A stretch of 64,000 nt of DNA from a virus (IMGVR_UViG_3300028591_000070:224001-288000); one strand, 5' to 3'. Shown: positions 1 through 9,404, numbered from the stretch's first letter. The notes: a model not told the origin generated them from the letters alone. Translations and numbers: made by a program.

Positions 1-2
1 AA

Positions 3-407
3 TTATAAGTTACTACTATTCTTTTCATTTTCCCAAAATCCTAATTTTTTAAGAGTTTTTGCCATATCAATATCAGGATATAGCTTTTGCCAAGTTTCAT
101 AAGCTGTTAATTGTTTTTCAGGCTTTGTAAATCTAGCACTTTCCCAATCAATAACAGCTTCAACTTTATTTGGAATATCACGATATGTATTTACTCCATC
201 AGAATAAATATGGTCGTGGTGTCCAGAAAACTTTCTATGAAGTTTTGTTGCAATTTTATCGCCAAAGATAAAAACATTTATCATTTTTAGAAAGTCATGA
301 AAAGGAAAAGAATAGCCTTTTTCCTTAGCAATTCTCTGAACTTCTTTACGGTGTCTTTGAATATTTTTGATTTCAGTAATTCTGTTATGCATAAATGTCA
401 ATCGCAT
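3..407 (-). CDS. HD-like metal-binding protein (DUF5662-like)
   Basis: H..HDFLK...HR....HH...DWESAR pattern typical of phage DUF5662/HD-like proteins. Confidence 0.55.
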   Translation of the reverse strand: MRLTFMHNRITEIKNIQRHRKEVQRIAKEKGYSFPFHDFLKMINVFIFGDKIATKLHRKFSGHHDHIYSDGVNTYRDIPNKVEAVIDWESARFTKPEKQLTAYETWQKLYPDIDMAKTLKKLGFWENEKNSSNL

Positions 408-714
408 TTTTTGGTCTAGGCCTTACAACGATATCATCTGGCACAACAATGTTTACCATGTGAAAGTTTCTGTCGATACCTGCTTTTAAGTATTCTGCAG
501 CTTTATTGCCAGACTTTTCCAAAGATTGAACCTTTTTAACAAGAGCAAGCTGCTCTTCAAATTTCTGTTCTTTGTTAGCTCGCATTACTTCTGCAGTTGG
601 GAACATATCCATAATAGATTCTTCTTTTTTCTGGTGCTTTTTCTTTTTGTCACCATTGAAAGACTGCTGATTACCCATCAAATTGTTATTAGATTGATAT
701 ACTGCTTCTACCAT
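385..714 (-). CDS. hypothetical protein (early-type promoter)
   Basis: ORF with GAGGT SD and TTGAAA-17-TATATT promoter upstream. Confidence 0.75.
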   Translation of the reverse strand: MVEAVYQSNNNLMGNQQSFNGDKKKKHQKKEESIMDMFPTAEVMRANKEQKFEEQLALVKKVQSLEKSGNKAAEYLKAGIDRNFHMVNIVVPDDIVVRPRPKNAIDIYA

Positions 715-763
715 AGATATTACCTCTTATATAGAATATACTATTCTTCGTCCTCTTTTTCAA
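715..763 (-). promoter_or_regulatory. sigma70-type (early-class) promoter plus SD
   Basis: TTGAAA(763-758)-N17-TATATT(740-735)-CTATATAAGAGGT. Confidence 0.75.
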
Positions 764-1154
764 GAAGTGACGTATCTGAATCATCGATACTCATTATTTC
801 TGCTATAGCTAATCCTACTACACACAGGAGAGATATGATAAATAATGTCCAACATACGCCTGTGGCTCCATCAAAAAAGCCCAACTTGGTAGTATCAACT
901 TTCGCAATAGCCAAAAGTGCAACAAAGATGGCCCTTATGCATGAAACAATACAGCAACCTATACCAGAGATAATTGAGGTATAGATACTAAGCATAAACA
1001 TTTTTCCACAAAATGTAAGCTTTGTTGACTCAAAAAGCTGGTCAATTTTCGCTTTCAACTTTTTGTAAAAACGATTGTTTTTCTTTTCAATCTTAGCAAG
1101 TCTTTTAGCTTCCTGCTCTTCCAATTTCTTCTGTTTCTTTTCTTCTCTTGTCAT
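741..1154 (-). CDS. membrane protein, 2 TM helices
   Basis: Basic N-terminus followed by two hydrophobic segments. Confidence 0.7.
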   Translation of the reverse strand: MTREEKKQKKLEEQEAKRLAKIEKKNNRFYKKLKAKIDQLFESTKLTFCGKMFMLSIYTSIISGIGCCIVSCIRAIFVALLAIAKVDTTKLGFFDGATGVCWTLFIISLLCVVGLAIAEIMSIDDSDTSLLEKEDEE

Positions 1155-1387
1155 CTACTACACTCCATTTCATCTTTAGCTTCTTCAAAAGTTTTACTCA
1201 ATTCTGCATAAAGTTTATCAGCGGTTGCACTATTATCACAATTGATATTGTGCGTTGCGCCATAAATTGTTTTTAGAAAAATTGTTTTACTATGTTCATC
1301 ATGCCCAACAAGCCAAACGTCTTCCCAGTCCATAGTTAAACAATTATTAACTCTAGTAATTATTTTTTTCATTTTTTCTCCTACCAA
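1151..1387 (-). CDS. hypothetical protein
   Basis: Coupled ORF in the minus-strand operon; true start probably the downstream ATG (MKKIIT). Confidence 0.6.
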   Translation of the reverse strand: MVGEKMKKIITRVNNCLTMDWEDVWLVGHDEHSKTIFLKTIYGATHNINCDNSATADKLYAELSKTFEEAKDEMECSR

Positions 1388-2724
1388 ATCTCTGGCAATT
1401 CAATTAAAGCCTCATCTTTTTTATCCATAGCATGCCAATATGAAGCATAAGCAAGAAGCATATCATCTAACTCTTCATAAGAAGAACTTGAGTCTGGTTT
1501 ATCTGTAATACCTTCATATGGATTTTCAAATGTAGCACTTTCATCTTTGCTAACATTCATTCTAACTGTAGAATATCCATTATCAAAGTCAAATACTTTT
1601 ACCGTCTTATCTTCAAGAAGTTTATCAACAGCGCAAATTTTCCATGCTCCTTCACCTGCTTCCTGATAGCCTACACCAAAAATAGGATGATCCATTTCAA
1701 ATGTATCTTTCTTAGCAGGATATTTCTGTCGATATGCAGTCCACCATTCTTTAAGGTAATCCCATTCGTCGAATGACATTGCAAAACATTGATGATGAGT
1801 TCCATCAGCATCACCAAACATTACATCTGCATCAATAGAAATTGTGGTAAATGACTGTTTTGAGTATTGCTCAAGGAAAGAATTTTTAAACTCATCCAAT
1901 AAACCTTTATTCTTGATAAAGTCTAATAACTCATCTGGTGTGCTACAAAGAATTTCGTCTAAGCGAGACTGAGCAATAGACAATTTTTCTTCAGCAGAAG
2001 GTTCTACATTCTTTTTAGGAGCGCGAGGCTTTGCAGATTTATATTCATCTGTAAAAGTAATATTTTTCTGCCAGCATTTACCAAAAGCAGTTTTTTCAAT
2101 AAATTCTTTTAATAGTTCATTAAACTTTTCAACAAGTTCTTTTGGATCTGAAAAATCTTCAAAAAAGAAACGAATATTTGAGTCGGCTTCTTTAAACCAT
2201 GATCTTTCTCTCCAATCCCACCAGCACAATTTGGTATTCCAACCTGGCCTAATACAATCATTAAATCCACGTGGATAAATATAACAAATTTCTTTTCCAA
2301 TATTTTTTTCGATAAGCCTAAAAAGCTGGAAAACAACAAAGCTTGAAAGTGACATATCTTTATAGCCGATAGTATTATCATAGTCATCGTGCTTTTTAAA
2401 ATCTGTTAATCCATGTTCTTTTAAGAATTCTTCAAAGTTTTTAAGTCCATTAATACAAGCATCATCATATTCTGTCTTTGGATGGTCTTTATATGGTGGT
2501 ATAAGAACGTTATACCAGTCAACTCGCCATACTGGATATTTATCAATAAACTCATACCATTCATGTTCTTTTCCAGTATTCCAATCTCTGTCATACCTGC
2601 GTTCCATTCTATTTCTATACATAGAAGGTGCTTTTTCCAAAGTATGAATGTCTACATAAGGTAATTTTTTCTTTTTAAGAGTGGCTAAATCAACCAACTC
2701 ACTCTGGTCATCATATTCTTTCAC
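1381..2724 (-). CDS. hypothetical two-module protein (C-terminal GDADG module)
   Basis: 447 aa; C-terminal half resembles the 2724..3365 product. Confidence 0.75.
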   Translation of the reverse strand: MKEYDDQSELVDLATLKKKKLPYVDIHTLEKAPSMYRNRMERRYDRDWNTGKEHEWYEFIDKYPVWRVDWYNVLIPPYKDHPKTEYDDACINGLKNFEEFLKEHGLTDFKKHDDYDNTIGYKDMSLSSFVVFQLFRLIEKNIGKEICYIYPRGFNDCIRPGWNTKLCWWDWRERSWFKEADSNIRFFFEDFSDPKELVEKFNELLKEFIEKTAFGKCWQKNITFTDEYKSAKPRAPKKNVEPSAEEKLSIAQSRLDEILCSTPDELLDFIKNKGLLDEFKNSFLEQYSKQSFTTISIDADVMFGDADGTHHQCFAMSFDEWDYLKEWWTAYRQKYPAKKDTFEMDHPIFGVGYQEAGEGAWKICAVDKLLEDKTVKVFDFDNGYSTVRMNVSKDESATFENPYEGITDKPDSSSSYEELDDMLLAYASYWHAMDKKDEALIELPEIW

Positions 2725-3365
2725 TAGAAAGGCTCCTGTTCTTTATAAGGCAAAAGATAGTCATCCTGGTAGTCATGCTGCTTCCACCAAAGAGCATAAG
2801 GCATAACTCCAAAGAAGAGACCATTTTCGCAGCCATACATTATATATTTATCAAAATCTTCTTCATCAGGTATTTCTGAAATTTCTTCTTCAAGGTCAAA
2901 GTCATTTAAGTCAACTGAGTCATATTCAAGGCTGAATTCATAACAACTTCTACTTGGCGCTTCATATCTGTCATCACAAGAAAATGGTTTTTCAGCATAA
3001 ATGATAGCTTTAAGAACTTGCCAATTTATACAACCTGAAGGACCATCACAATGACCAACATTATCCAACCAGAAATATTCATTATTGACATCTTCTGGAT
3101 ATTTCTTACTGTAAGCTTCAAACCACTTACGTAATAATGGAAGATCTTTCAGTGGGAAAGTTGCTTCATAATCATCATCACCATCAGCATCGCCGAGCAT
3201 AACATTTATATAAGCTGTAAAGCTGTTGTATTCTACATCTTTATTTTGGTCTGCAAAATACTTTTCGAGCTTATCTTTAAGAGAGTTTTTCTCAATAAAA
3301 CTCTGTACGAACTCCGGAACTTTAGCATACTCAGTTTCAAAAACTTCTTTAAGTTTTGGATCCAC
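2724..3365 (-). CDS. hypothetical acidic protein (GDADG module)
   Basis: VMLGDADG...WFEAYSKKYP...YALWW shared with the neighbouring gene. Confidence 0.75.
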   Translation of the reverse strand: MDPKLKEVFETEYAKVPEFVQSFIEKNSLKDKLEKYFADQNKDVEYNSFTAYINVMLGDADGDDDYEATFPLKDLPLLRKWFEAYSKKYPEDVNNEYFWLDNVGHCDGPSGCINWQVLKAIIYAEKPFSCDDRYEAPSRSCYEFSLEYDSVDLNDFDLEEEISEIPDEEDFDKYIMYGCENGLFFGVMPYALWWKQHDYQDDYLLPYKEQEPF

Positions 3366-3633
3366 TATTTTTCTCCTTTCTTTTATTATATTTTAAACCC
3401 CATTTAATTAATGGTTTTAAATTTTTCATATATGCTTTTGTCATTGTAAAGACTTTATATTGAAATGTTTCAGGCTTCATACATATGAGCATATAAAACA
3501 TTCGATTTGGAGTTGGTATAAACTTATAAAATGGGAATTCTGTAAATAAATTTCCCAAAATATATTCATCATGAGAGTCATCTGGTTCGAGTGGAATATT
3601 TTCCCAAGCTATTAAAAAACTTTGATTTATCAT
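3349..3633 (-). CDS. hypothetical protein
   Basis: Start moved to ATG 3633, just downstream of the TTGACC-17-TATATT promoter. Confidence 0.6.
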   Translation of the reverse strand: MINQSFLIAWENIPLEPDDSHDEYILGNLFTEFPFYKFIPTPNRMFYMLICMKPETFQYKVFTMTKAYMKNLKPLIKWGLKYNKRKEKNSGSKT

Positions 3634-3643
3634 ACTATAATAG

Positions 3644-3672
3644 AATATACTTTTAAAATGAAAAAAGGTCAA
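3644..3672 (-). promoter_or_regulatory. sigma70-type (early-class) promoter
   Basis: TTGACC(3672-3667)-N17-TATATT(3649-3644)-CTA; the -35 lies within the terminator stem. Confidence 0.65.
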
Positions 3673-3688
3673 CATTTAGTTGACCTTT
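3661..3688 (-). terminator. intrinsic terminator after bS21
   Basis: AAAGGTCAAC-ATTTA-GTTGACCTTT with a T-tract on the minus strand. Confidence 0.75.
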
Positions 3689-3695
3689 CTTAAAA

Positions 3696-3959
3696 CTACT
3701 CTAAAGTTTTTCCATCTGGCAGCTTTTCAGCATTTTCAAACTTACTTTCTGCAAGTTTTTCCTGCTTCTGAATAACCTTATTAAGGTGTTTCTGCCAAAC
3801 TTTCTTCTGATGCTTTTTAGCAGAAGGCTTTACGAAATAACGCTTTTCTTCATAAGCTTTCATAATACCTTCTTTCATGACTTCCTTCTTAAACTTCTTG
3901 AGAGCACGCTCAAGATTAGGATTTCCATCACGATCTTCCAAAACTTTAACTGTAACCAT
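3696..3959 (-). CDS. rpsU: 30S ribosomal protein bS21 (phage-encoded)
   Basis: LERALKKFKK...KEGI...KRYFVKPS, the canonical bS21 signature. Confidence 0.92.
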   Translation of the reverse strand: MVTVKVLEDRDGNPNLERALKKFKKEVMKEGIMKAYEEKRYFVKPSAKKHQKKVWQKHLNKVIQKQEKLAESKFENAEKLPDGKTLE

Positions 3960-4231
3960 TATTTATCACCTCCTTCCTTCTTCTCTTTACCAAGCAGGTA
4001 ATTAAGGCGATTCTCAAGACAGAACATATAAAGTTCCAGTGCATCACGCTCGTGAACCATGAAGAACATTTCTGTTTCGTCAAAGCCAGCTTTTTCACGA
4101 GTCTTTTTTCCATCATCATCAAATCCAGTAAGTGAATAAAGCTCTTTAAGCTTCTTACCTACATTGTCAATTTCCTGACGAATGAAAGCTGTTTTTCCAA
4201 CTTCTTTCGAAGTTGTGTCTTTTTTAGCCAT
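3959..4231 (-). CDS. small helical phage protein (crAss001_48-like)
   Basis: E...KL..L...F...AL..Y...LE.RL helical pattern. Confidence 0.4.
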   Translation of the reverse strand: MAKKDTTSKEVGKTAFIRQEIDNVGKKLKELYSLTGFDDDGKKTREKAGFDETEMFFMVHERDALELYMFCLENRLNYLLGKEKKEGGDK

Positions 4232-4242
4232 TCCGGCCTCCT

Positions 4243-5202
4243 TTATTTAGTTTTCCCAAACCAAGATTTAGTGTCAACTTTGAAGATAGACTGTCGGATG
4301 ACACTATTATATTCTGGTTTTTCAGGATTAAAATGTATATACTTGCTAATGTCCTTTCCTTCTAGTAAAGAACGAACAACGGACATGTTTAGTATAGTCT
4401 TATCAATTATATTAACCTGTTTTGAATTCATTGCAAAAGCAAAAAGAAGCTGTTCAAGAGGTGTTTCGCCCATATGACCTACATCAAAATGCTGGCCTTT
4501 TTTAAGGTCTGCTTCTACATCAGCTAAAGTTTTACCAGTTTCACCAACTTCTTTAATATAATTATAGCATAACTCTTTAATGTTATTTACAAGTTTAGTT
4601 TTATCTAAATAAATTGAACCTTTAATATTATCAGACTCATCACCATATAAAGCTTTGTAAAGTGTAATAGATGCTTTTGTTGGTTTGAATAAAAATTTTT
4701 CTTCAAAATCTTTAACAGAAAATGGTTTATCTAATCCCTTATTTATCATGTGAACATCTTCTGAAATATAACGAGACCAATCATAGTCTGTTGTCACCAA
4801 AGCAACTTTTTTATTAGGTCCGATCATTGCTAAAAGAGGCTCTACAAAGTCATCGGCTTCATATTCCTGAGAATAAATGGTCTTAACTTTATCACCTCTG
4901 TATGTATAATATTTTTTGTATAATACAATTGACTGATAATAAAGTGAACTATATTGGCGATTTGCTTTATAATTTTCATCAATCTTTTTTCTTTCTGAAG
5001 ATGGAAACTTAAATGACTTAGATTCGCCCAAGTCATATTCTGAAATTGGGTCAAAAATAATGTAAAGAGTATCATTTAAGGATTGTCTTAAATCCTCAGT
5101 AAAAGAAATCATTTTTCTAACAACTTGTTCTGCTGTCTCATTTTTGCCTAAACATCTATAGAAAAGGTTTGCAGAATCAATAATTATATAATCATAAAGC
5201 AC
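4243..5202 (-). CDS. 5'-3' exonuclease / T4 RNase H-like flap endonuclease
   Basis: IIIDSANLFYR, YKANR, EADD, TTDYD, GDESDNIKG acidic motifs. Confidence 0.9.
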   Translation of the reverse strand: MLYDYIIIDSANLFYRCLGKNETAEQVVRKMISFTEDLRQSLNDTLYIIFDPISEYDLGESKSFKFPSSERKKIDENYKANRQYSSLYYQSIVLYKKYYTYRGDKVKTIYSQEYEADDFVEPLLAMIGPNKKVALVTTDYDWSRYISEDVHMINKGLDKPFSVKDFEEKFLFKPTKASITLYKALYGDESDNIKGSIYLDKTKLVNNIKELCYNYIKEVGETGKTLADVEADLKKGQHFDVGHMGETPLEQLLFAFAMNSKQVNIIDKTILNMSVVRSLLEGKDISKYIHFNPEKPEYNSVIRQSIFKVDTKSWFGKTK

Positions 5203-5215
5203 TATTTATTTTCTC

Positions 5216-5596
5216 CTATTCTTTTGTACTCCAAACTGGTTTATCACAGTAATATTCCCAAATAGGAGTACCATTTATAAAATCTTTATGCTCAAAATCA
5301 ATTCCAATAATTTCAGTTCCTCTAAATGAGTCTTCTATCGCTCTAAAGATCTGGTCATCTTCAAAAGTACCGTGGTATGACTCAAGCATAAAAGTTTTTG
5401 TCATATTATATTTTACACCATTTTTATCATAAGCATCAAAAGTAACAGTAACTGGCTCTAATACAGCTTTTCTACGTTTTGGTGGCTTATATTTAAATCC
5501 TTCAGTTTGAGGCAATTTAGACCAATTAACATTTACAGTTTTTGGCTCTACTTTCATTTCATAAGCCGTAAGTTCAATATTTTCTAAATCTTCCAT
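5216..5596 (-). CDS. hypothetical protein
   Basis: 126-aa ORF heading the exonuclease-bS21 operon. Confidence 0.7.
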   Translation of the reverse strand: MEDLENIELTAYEMKVEPKTVNVNWSKLPQTEGFKYKPPKRRKAVLEPVTVTFDAYDKNGVKYNMTKTFMLESYHGTFEDDQIFRAIEDSFRGTEIIGIDFEHKDFINGTPIWEYYCDKPVWSTKE

Positions 5597-5614
5597 ATAT
5601 TAATTATAATAACA

Positions 5615-6931
5615 TTACCTCTGGAAAGTAAATCCAATGAGCTTATCACTCAATTTTCCACTTCCACCCTCAGGCATAATTGATTTTCCATCTGTTTTTA
5701 ATTTAAGATTATACGTAATTTTTGTATCATTATTAGAATAAGCGATAACAGTACACTCATAAGTTGAGCCTGGATTTAATCCTTGAATAACAATTTCATT
5801 CGCATTACAGTCATAAACTCCCTGGCTACAAATACCTGGAATATAGAATGTAAGTGACTTAAAGTTTGTAATTTCAGACTCTCTAATGGTCCAAGAAATT
5901 GTAACTGAATTTTCTGTTTGAGCTGATTGTTTTAACTCATCTAGATTACAATCTCTGTCTTGATTAAAATAACCCTCAATAGTATCAGCAATTACATCAT
6001 CGATTTTTTCTTTTACTGTTTTTCCATTATTATTGATAATGACTTCTTTTCCCTGCTTATCAGTATAAATAGCCTCTTTATCTTCTGAGTCGTCTAACTG
6101 AAGAGTATGCCTCATATCTGGAAGAAGATCTTTTGCATCCATTTCTTTTAGATTTAATTCAGACTTAATATGAGGTGTCCATTTTTCATTAGCCCAAACT
6201 AATGAAGTTTTCTGTGTAAATACAATATCCTCATCATTATAGGCATATAAACCTGAGAATCTAACAGGAAGCTTAATTGTATTTTCAAAGTCTTCAATTA
6301 AGATTTGATATGTTCTAACTGTAAGACCAACTTTAACTGGGAAAATTTTAGCTTCATTAAGCCATTTCTTTTCAGCATATTCTGGATTTTGGTCAATTGA
6401 CTCTATAGTAACATTGACAGGCACATCTACTTTCATACCCGCAACATCATTTTCAACTGACATATAAAGTGGAGCTTTTGGGTATTGTTCCCAGAATAAG
6501 AATGTTGCAGCTTTATCGGTATCTCTTAATTTAGAATAAAATGCTGTTGCTTGATAATTTATTTTTACTGGCATCGCTTTTACTACAATACCAGTTTCAG
6601 GTGAAGTCCAACCTTTAACAGCTGCGGCCGTATTCATAGAGGCTGTTCGGTCATCTTCTTCAAAAGAACCAGCAGCACTATAACAAGCAAAAGGTAAATC
6701 TAGTGACACATAATTTATATTATTATCACCTTTAACAAAGCCTTTTCCAACTGTCTCAGTTCTGCGTCTAAATACAATGTCCTCTTTAGAATAAAGAACT
6801 CGGCTTACATCACCCTTAAATAAAAGAGTAGATAGAAACCATTCGAGTCCTACTTTTACCATGAGGTCGGTACTAATATAATCTTTTCTGTCTAAGCTAT
6901 CATAATAGCCCTTAATTGTTAGATCTTGCAT
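5615..6931 (-). CDS. putative tail completion protein (T4 gp15-like) with C-terminal fibronectin type III domain
   Basis: LPF..Y...PVKINYQ...VPVNVTIESI resembles gp15; C-terminal NSVTISWT...GLNPGSTYECTVIAY is an FN3 signature. Confidence 0.55.
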   Translation of the reverse strand: MQDLTIKGYYDSLDRKDYISTDLMVKVGLEWFLSTLLFKGDVSRVLYSKEDIVFRRRTETVGKGFVKGDNNINYVSLDLPFACYSAAGSFEEDDRTASMNTAAAVKGWTSPETGIVVKAMPVKINYQATAFYSKLRDTDKAATFLFWEQYPKAPLYMSVENDVAGMKVDVPVNVTIESIDQNPEYAEKKWLNEAKIFPVKVGLTVRTYQILIEDFENTIKLPVRFSGLYAYNDEDIVFTQKTSLVWANEKWTPHIKSELNLKEMDAKDLLPDMRHTLQLDDSEDKEAIYTDKQGKEVIINNNGKTVKEKIDDVIADTIEGYFNQDRDCNLDELKQSAQTENSVTISWTIRESEITNFKSLTFYIPGICSQGVYDCNANEIVIQGLNPGSTYECTVIAYSNNDTKITYNLKLKTDGKSIMPEGGSGKLSDKLIGFTFQR

Positions 6932-7511
6932 TTTTAAACGATGTCAATATTTTATCAGCTCTTTCACTGAAAATATTCATAACATTATATTTAGTGGATT
7001 TAATACTATTAATCAAACTATCATCAATTATCAAGTCGGGATCATCACTATAACATAAATAAAATTTATCACCTAAAGCCACATATTTATAATCTTTGGT
7101 GCATTCTGCAAAAACTGTTAAAAGATGCCCTTTTTCAGATTCATTAAGATTATAATGATCATCAATTTTAGGTATTAATCCTAAAGAGCCAAATATATCT
7201 GGTGTCATTTCTGAAGTTAAAACAATTGAAATGATATTAAGTTCAAGTAAAAAAATATATAATTTTAAGTCTTCTGAATGTAAAGCAACATATTTTTCAG
7301 ATAAAATTTTATTATTTAGTAAGTCTTGAATATCTTCTTTTGAACAATCTCTATCTAAGCAATAAACACCGTTCTTTTTAAGAATTTCTTTTTCAGTGTC
7401 CGAACGATAAAAAAATACCACTTTTGTAAGGATATTTTCTGGAGCTTTATAATCTGTTAAACCATAAATAAATTGAATTAAACTTTTTGCATCATTTAAG
7501 CTATATTTCAT
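6912..7511 (-). CDS. hypothetical protein
   Basis: 199-aa ORF with AGGAG SD. Confidence 0.7.
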   Translation of the reverse strand: MKYSLNDAKSLIQFIYGLTDYKAPENILTKVVFFYRSDTEKEILKKNGVYCLDRDCSKEDIQDLLNNKILSEKYVALHSEDLKLYIFLLELNIISIVLTSEMTPDIFGSLGLIPKIDDHYNLNESEKGHLLTVFAECTKDYKYVALGDKFYLCYSDDPDLIIDDSLINSIKSTKYNVMNIFSERADKILTSFKNARSNN

Positions 7512-7532
7512 TTGAAGATCTCCTTTAAAACT

Positions 7533-7559
7533 AAAAAAGCTCCAGCTATAGCTGGAGCT
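7533..7559 (-). terminator. intrinsic terminator / perfect palindrome after SSB
   Basis: AGCTCCAGC-TATA-GCTGGAGCT followed by T6 on the minus strand. Confidence 0.75.
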
Positions 7560-7580
7560 ATATTATTGTTATATTAACAA

Positions 7581-8999
7581 CTATTCGAATTTAACACCAC
7601 AAACTGGACAGTGTGTTGTTCCTTCTTCAGGAGACATAGCACCACAAGTATCACAAGCAAGACAGTCAGCTTCTGTGTCCCAAACAATATTTACTTTACC
7701 ATTGATATTTGTTACATCCTTAATACGCTTTTTTGAAGCTTCTGGAAGCATATCATAACCCTTAAGAAGGGCAATCTTATCTGCTGTTAAACTAGTAGCT
7801 GCTGAACGACGAGTTTTTGGAGCTTCAACATTAGCTGTTTCCATATTATCAAAAGATGGAGCTGCCATTGGATCTGGCATTGTATCTGTTGAAGCAACTT
7901 CATTCATTTCATCTTCTGTCATATTAAGATTTTCACGAATTGCAGCATTCTCAGCTTCTGCCTGAGCAGCTTCTGTTTCAGCTCTCTTAGCTTCCCATTC
8001 AGCCTTTTCTCTTTCAGCAAGACCCTGTAATTCTTCGAAATAATTTGTTCCAAGTGATGCATCACAAAGCTTAAATACAGAAGGAATTCTCTTAAGAAGT
8101 TTGTAATATGGAGTTGGTCCGAAGAGCTTCTCAATATCATACTTCTTATAAGCCATTTCTTCCTGTGTAAGATTACCTTCGACAATAAGAGCTTCATCTA
8201 CTTGAGATCCATCATTGTTGATGAGCTCTTCCATCATCTCTTTTTCCTTGAGACGAGAAGCATTCTTTACATCAAATGGATTATCTTTTTCACCATTCTT
8301 TTTAATGGCTACATCATACTTTTCATAATTACCATATTTACCAATCAAATCACGGATTTTTGTAACAAAACCAAATGACTTAATACCTTCCTTTGCCCAT
8401 ACTCTGTTCTGGTCATCGATTGTAACATCACGAGCAAGAATCTTAGTATGCTTATTTTTAGCACACCAATCATCTGAACGGTCAATTACATTGTAAATTG
8501 TAACGCGGTCACCTTTGAAACCTTTTGAATAAGTGAAGGCAAATCCATCAGACTCCTTAAATCCACCTTTTGAAACAGCTTTGAAGAGTTCTGGAAATTT
8601 AGCCTCATTTACAAATACTGGCTTCTTATTTACATAAGTCTTCTCCATAACTTTGTTATAAAGTCTCAAAAGAATATAGTTATCTGATTCTCTTTCTGCT
8701 GGAATTGGCATACGAATTGTAAAACGCTTTCCATCATCGTCTTTTACATCAGCGATAAGCATTTCATGAGGATCGTAAGGTGATCTCTTGAATGAGGACA
8801 TTACTGATTCTGTTCCGATTGGGGCGCCGAGAAGGCGAACGATACGATACTGACCTTTATCAGTTCCTGTGTAGGCTACATCTTCATAAGTTTTTGAAGG
8901 TGTGTAAGATGAACCCTTATTTTTAGAGTTCTGTTCTTCTTGTTCTTTGAGTTTCTTCGCATACTCTGTGAAGAACTCATCATTGAGTTGTTCTGACAT
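7581..8999 (-). CDS. single-stranded DNA-binding protein (T4 gp32-like) with C-terminal zinc ribbon
   Basis: gp32-like layout (YRIVRLLG, YNVIDRS, YDVAIKK); Ala/Glu-rich linker; terminal CDTC...CPVC. Confidence 0.6.
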   Translation of the reverse strand: MSEQLNDEFFTEYAKKLKEQEEQNSKNKGSSYTPSKTYEDVAYTGTDKGQYRIVRLLGAPIGTESVMSSFKRSPYDPHEMLIADVKDDDGKRFTIRMPIPAERESDNYILLRLYNKVMEKTYVNKKPVFVNEAKFPELFKAVSKGGFKESDGFAFTYSKGFKGDRVTIYNVIDRSDDWCAKNKHTKILARDVTIDDQNRVWAKEGIKSFGFVTKIRDLIGKYGNYEKYDVAIKKNGEKDNPFDVKNASRLKEKEMMEELINNDGSQVDEALIVEGNLTQEEMAYKKYDIEKLFGPTPYYKLLKRIPSVFKLCDASLGTNYFEELQGLAEREKAEWEAKRAETEAAQAEAENAAIRENLNMTEDEMNEVASTDTMPDPMAAPSFDNMETANVEAPKTRRSAATSLTADKIALLKGYDMLPEASKKRIKDVTNINGKVNIVWDTEADCLACDTCGAMSPEEGTTHCPVCGVKFE

Positions 9000-9054
9000 A
9001 TTGCATTTTCTCCTTATATATTACATTAAATTACAGCAACTGCTGTATGATTTA

Positions 9055-9078
9055 ATTAGTACATATCTAAATATTAAC
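9055..9078 (-). promoter_or_regulatory. tandem GTTAATATT + ACTAAT motifs upstream of SSB
   Basis: Both recurrent motifs in series, followed by a leader hairpin at 9032-9047. Confidence 0.55.
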
Positions 9079-9083
9079 AGACC

Positions 9084-9404
9084 TTAAATCGTCTTTTCTT
9101 CAGGGTCTTTATCTGGATTCCAATCTTTCCAAGGACCATAATTCAATTTATATTTACTAAGCTGATTATCATTCAAGGACTCAGCAAACTGTGATACTTC
9201 AAAAGCGCCATATCTAGCTAAAGTAATAAGCTGAACTGCATTTGCTCTGTCCAAAGCCTCAAAATTAAAACCTGGACATTCTTTTTTATTTATCCATTTT
9301 TCAGCTTTAACTTCAGTCATAGACCGCTTAATCATTTTAAAATCTTCAAAATATGAAGAAGTTACTTCTGTAAAGTTTTTTCTAGGTTTAAAAATTAAAC
9401 TCAT
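9084..9404 (-). CDS. hypothetical protein
   Basis: Translationally coupled to the clamp gene. Confidence 0.7.
   Translation of the reverse strand: MSLIFKPRKNFTEVTSSYFEDFKMIKRSMTEVKAEKWINKKECPGFNFEALDRANAVQLITLARYGAFEVSQFAESLNDNQLSKYKLNYGPWKDWNPDKDPEEKTI

Noticed and set aside
526-984. Plus-strand 152-aa ORF and similar short antisense or alternate-frame ORFs (e.g. 3786-4001, 23704-24081, 36955-37344, 50118-50417, 50722-51093)
   Set aside because: They overlap well-supported genes, have atypical composition and lack initiation signals
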